Below, in pieces: positions 59,815 to 64,000 of a stretch of 64,000 nt of DNA; position 1 is the first letter of the stretch, and each line of letters begins with the position of its first letter. Made by a program: the position numbers and the translations under genes. Origin of the DNA: Octopus bimaculoides (lineage: Eukaryota); contig NC_068986.1 of NCBI RefSeq assembly GCF_001194135.2, positions 83,179,674 to 83,243,673 of the forward strand, read 5' to 3'. Under the pieces are notes generated by a model. It did no database searches. It had not been told where the DNA came from and saw only the letters and a program-made list of their open reading frames with translations.

Positions 59815-60190
59815 TTATTACCTCCACCTTCACTAAGGCTGAGGCATTGTTTTCATTTATGTTTGTTTGTTTGTCTGTGGACAAGATATCTCAAGAACTG
59901 CTGGATGGATTCGGATAAAAGTTTCAGGGATGTTTGGCCTTGGGGCTGGCACAAACTGATTAGATTTTAGGATTGATCTAATACTGGACAAGGATTCTGG
60001 TTTATTTTTCCTGTTTTTTTCCTTAATTTTTGACAGCAGTCGGGCTCATTTTTAGTATTCTTGTTTGTGAGAGCAATCGAGTTTATTCTAGATATTCTCA
60101 TTTTAAAAATCATCTTTGGCTAATTGTTGATAGGACGTTGCTGTCTCAGAGTAACAAATTGTTTGTTTGAGTTTTGTCACTTTTGACCAC
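59815..60190 (+). mobile_element. DINE/Helentron-like non-autonomous element
   Basis: TTATTACCTCCACC start with subterminal hairpin and GTTT microsatellite. Second copy at 44560-45122. Confidence 0.6.
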
Positions 60191-60199
60191 GGTTGGATT

Positions 60200-61350
60200 G
60201 TTGAAGGCTTTCTCTTTGAGACTGTCTGTTGTTGAAATTGTTTTATATCACTGTAGAAAATTATTGTTGAAGCGACTCGCGCATAATTATTTTTTGCTGT
60301 TTTCTCCCCATTGTTGGGGTGAAAGGTTGGTTTTTCATTGTGGAGGGCTATGCAGGGGCCGCTGCAGTGGGAGCAACTGCACCGTTGGAAGCGAAGCAGA
60401 TAGATTTAAAAATGGAAGATATAGTGGGAAGTGGACGGTTTGTGCAAGGGGAGGGAGGTGCAGTTGTGCTGGTCCCTCCAGAGGAAGTGGTCAAGGATGG
60501 GACAGTGGTGTGCCGCACGTGGGTAGTTTCCACCAGTAAAATTGAAATACTATTGGAGGACAATGTGGAGGGGTGCTTGGAACCAGTGATGGGAGTGGCA
60601 GCTTTCATGGGTCGAGGGAGGTAGTATGGTGTGGTGGAGGTTGGGGTTTGCCACCGAGAAGGGAGCGGCCTCACATTCCACTACAATTTTGCACACTGAC
60701 AGGGTGGCACTGCTGCCCACGTATGGGGGCGGGTGAGGCATGTGGGTTTGAGTTGGAGGGGTGCCACCAGAAGTGGAGACGGAGTTGTTGGTGGTGATTG
60801 TTCTAGCTGCCACCAAGGGGGTCCCGAGTTGGGACTGGTGGGAGGAGTGAGCATGTTGAACTTTTGGGGATGCGGTGTGAAGATGTGGCTTTTTGCATCT
60901 TTCGAAGACATTGTGAGGATCCCCTACTAGATGGAGATTACAGGAGTGGGTTCCCTCAAAGTGGTTGTTAAGGGTTGCAACCAGCTTGTTGCAAATGTGG
61001 GGAGAGGGACATATGAGGACACGGTTCCCCAGGCATGGGCCTCCTCAGAGTGAGAGAGCTGTAGAGGGGGACCAGGAGGAGGTGGAAATTGGAGTGCCAG
61101 TTAAAGCAGTGAAGGATGGAGATGGCAGAAAGCAATGCGGAGTGCACTAGAGATGCAGAGGAGGTGAGGCAAGGGGAAGGCGGAACGAGGGCAGCAGGGG
61201 AGGGGAGTGACAGGTTTGTTGACCCCAAAAGGAGGAGGGGGCAGGATAAGGAGAACACTCACAGGGACCGGCGGTGGAACCAGATGAGATGCCCAAGAAG
61301 GTTGGGGAGCCACCTGTATTCGAGCATGTGCAGACGGTGGAGATGGAGCT
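60200..61350 (-). other. GC-rich, Ser/Thr/Pro-rich decayed coding-like segment, probably retroelement-derived
   Basis: Abrupt GC-rich block with several overlapping low-complexity ORFs and a degenerate Cys/His finger-like stretch (CPSPHICNKLVATLNNHFEGTH). No splice structure. Confidence 0.35.
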
Positions 61351-61547
61351 GGGGAAGGTTGGTCTATGGGATTACCTTAAATTTCCCGTCCATAAAGGGT
61401 TTAACGCTATGGCATATCGTCATATCCCCAAAAACCCTTTATGGACAGGTAACCTAAGGTACATCTCATAAACCGGCCTTCACCATTTTTAATATATACT
61501 ACTTTACATCTTACAGTGTGCTTCTTTCGGATATGTTTTTTTACAAA

Positions 61548-61617
<70 letters not shown>

Positions 61618-62125
61618 TGGGAAAGGCCGGTTTATGGGATTACCTTAGGTTTCCCGTCCATAAAGGGTTTAGCTTTATGGCGTATCTTCAGATCCCAAAA
61701 CTCTGTTCGCCTGTGACCTCTTAAAAATACGGAGGGGAAATACCCCATTACTCAAAGTAACAATTGGGATTATCTCCCGTTGCTAATAGCTATCGACTTC
61801 CGGCTGTGTCGTCATTCTAGCAGGAACATCCTGAAATGTAAGCATGGCCCGTAAATCTCCGTTTCGGTGTTAAAGATGTGCCTTTGTTCGAGTGAGTGTT
61901 TTAAGATTCTTGCGTGTTCAGCTCTATATATATATATATAACAGTCTGGAAAATTGTGAAGAAATTTCAGGAGACTGGTTCCATCGCTGATCGACCGAAA
62001 AAGAAGGGTGTGGACTCCTCAGCTTGTCAACAATACCAGAGAAAAGATATGCGAAATCCTCAGAAAAACTGTAAGCTGAACACCGATGTATATTTACGCG
62101 CACACACATACACACACACATATAT

Positions 62126-63062
62126 ATTGAGTCATCCATAAATAGTGCAGATTTTGTATACTTCTTTTATTTTCAAAATTATGATAAAGTTCTTATTTAA
62201 TCTAAAATATACTCCCCTTCATTTTCTACAATGCTCTTCCACCTATCTGGTAGACTTGCAAGTCCCCTCTTCCAAAATTCACTTGTCCGCGACGAAAAAT
62301 ACTCCTCCAGTACAGTTCTGACCTCGTCTACGGAATTCATATTTTTACCATCTAAATGATTTTGAAGACTGCAGAATAAATGATAATCAGATGAGCAATG
62401 TCCGGTGGGTGGGGCAGACTTTCCCATTCCAACAGCTTCAACCTTTGGAATGTCATCCTCGCTGTATGTGGCTGAGCCTTATTCTGATGGTAGAACACCT
62501 TTCGTCTTGAATCCAAAGATGGTTGCTTTTCTTCTAGCGCTGACTTAAGCCTCTCAATCTGCTCGCAATAGATCTCTTTTGTTACGTTTTAGTTTGGATT
62601 TAAAAGTTCAAAGTGGACTAAATCTTTCACATCCTGTCAAACAGATAACACCACCTTACGTAGGTGAAGACCTTCTTTAGCCTGGGGGTACTGGTTTTTC
62701 TCCTTTTCCTACCCACTATTTTCAGTGCTTGTCATTTTTATTGAGAATCCATTTCTCGCCACCAGTCACTATTCGGTCCAAAAAAGGTTCATTCATGAGA
62801 CGTGACAGTAAAGAAGCGCACACATTCACTCTCTGCGCGCAATTAGACTCGGAAAGTTTGTAAGGAAACCATCAACCCAATTTGCTGTCTTTTCCAATGG
62901 CACACAGGTGTCGATGAATAGTGGAAATACCAAATCCAAGCCTCTCTGCTAGTTCCTCAACAGTTACGATGGGATTTTGTTTCACCAGGATTTGCAAGAT
63001 ATCCTCGTAGAGCTCTACATATCTTTCAGGATGAAGCTCACTTTCTAGGCTGTAGTTTCCGA
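62126..63062 (-). mobile_element. mariner element, 5'-truncated and decayed (D,D34D type)
   Basis: SSDYHLFCSLQNHLDGK...LPDRWKSIVENEGEYILD, upstream DRIVTGGEKW-like motif, TIR-like end TATTGAGTCATCCATAAAT. Confidence 0.85.
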
Positions 63063-64000
63063 CTTGGAATTTCTGAAACTGCCGTTGACATTAGCTTACA
63101 CTTATTATCCAATCTCCCTATACTGCATTAATATTCCTTGCACTTTCCATTGCGCTGTTGCCTTTATTGAACTCATAAAGCAAAATATGCCGAATATGCT
63201 CCTTTATCACTATAGCTTTGAAAAAATGATTGTTAAAATCGAATTGCACTCTTCAAAACTTGCACTAAGAATGAATTGATTTTTTTAATTGTCCACAAGG
63301 GGCCAACATAGATGGGACAACACAAAGGCATGTGGGGACATATAACACAACTTAAAATAAAATTATAAGAATCATAATATGAAATGAGAAAATGGAATTG
63401 AGCTGCCTGCCGCATCACTTGCTCCTTTACAGTCCTTTCTTCACGTCGATCACATATTTTTTCAACAGATCCTCACATTCAATATTGTCCGGTATTTTTT
63501 TTTATGTCCTCATGTATTCTCCGCATCTTCACACCCTTTTTATACTCTTTAATTTCTTCCATTTGTGCTTCTGAGATCAGTACACACAAGTGCCACTCTG
63601 GTGTTTCATTATATTTTTCAGTATTCACAAATCTTACTGTTTTCCAGCTTGTTACTTTTTGAATTAGCTCTGTATTTTCTCTGTTTGTCAATATGTAAAC
63701 ATAATTCACTTCTTTGTTCTTTCTTGTACATGGGTTTCTTTTTTCTTTTTTGCTAGTGTAGGAGGGGGAAGGGTGGGTTTGGTGTCTGTAGGGAGGGAGT
63801 GGGTCGCAGAGGGTATGGTGGGTGGGTGGGGAATGTTTGGGGTTCCACAATATACTGTTCCTTTTTTCTCTTCCTTTTTCCTTCAGTAATCTTCCATTCT
63901 TTTTCTCTTTCTTCCTTCTTTTTCCTCTTCTTTTCCAGTATCCTTTCTTCTGTCTGCTTCTGCAGAGGGCAGTGTGCTCTAATGTGCCCTTTTTGGCCAC

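Noticed and set aside
1-64000. CRISPR array or prokaryotic operon/defence system
   Set aside because: No regularly spaced repeat-spacer array, and the DNA is clearly spliceosomal-intron-containing animal sequence.

Overview
This is AT-rich, microsatellite-rich eukaryotic (animal) genomic DNA with three assembly gaps. The SINE and LINE families resemble those I associate with octopus (coleoid cephalopod) genomes, but that assignment is an inference. One protein-coding gene can be reconstructed by hand: an hnRNP L orthologue on the + strand, with 17 coding exons (31774-48980), 566 aa and four RRMs. It sits between two transposon graveyards containing RTE and CR1-like LINEs, SINEs, Tigger/pogo, Tc1, mariner, Helitron/Helentron pieces, MITEs and Penelope-like remnants. 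The most notable signals are in the RNA-processing architecture of the hnRNP L gene. (1) A bipartite CA-rich cluster is followed by a candidate 70-nt poison exon in intron 8, which mirrors the hnRNP L autoregulatory circuit described in vertebrates. (2) There are two U12-type minor introns, one AT-AC and one that fits the protein only as a rare AT-AA intron. (3) The symmetric exon 9 starts with AG|GTAAGA, so it regenerates the upstream donor after splicing (recursive/resplicing geometry). Outside the gene there is an intact type I hammerhead ribozyme with a roughly 100-nt rod-like stem II, a roughly 200-bp hairpin made of two head-to-head tRNA-headed hammerhead-bearing elements, and a MITE whose centre is a telomere-repeat palindrome. 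All coordinates were read by eye, no database searches were run, and repeat family names are by motif recognition only.
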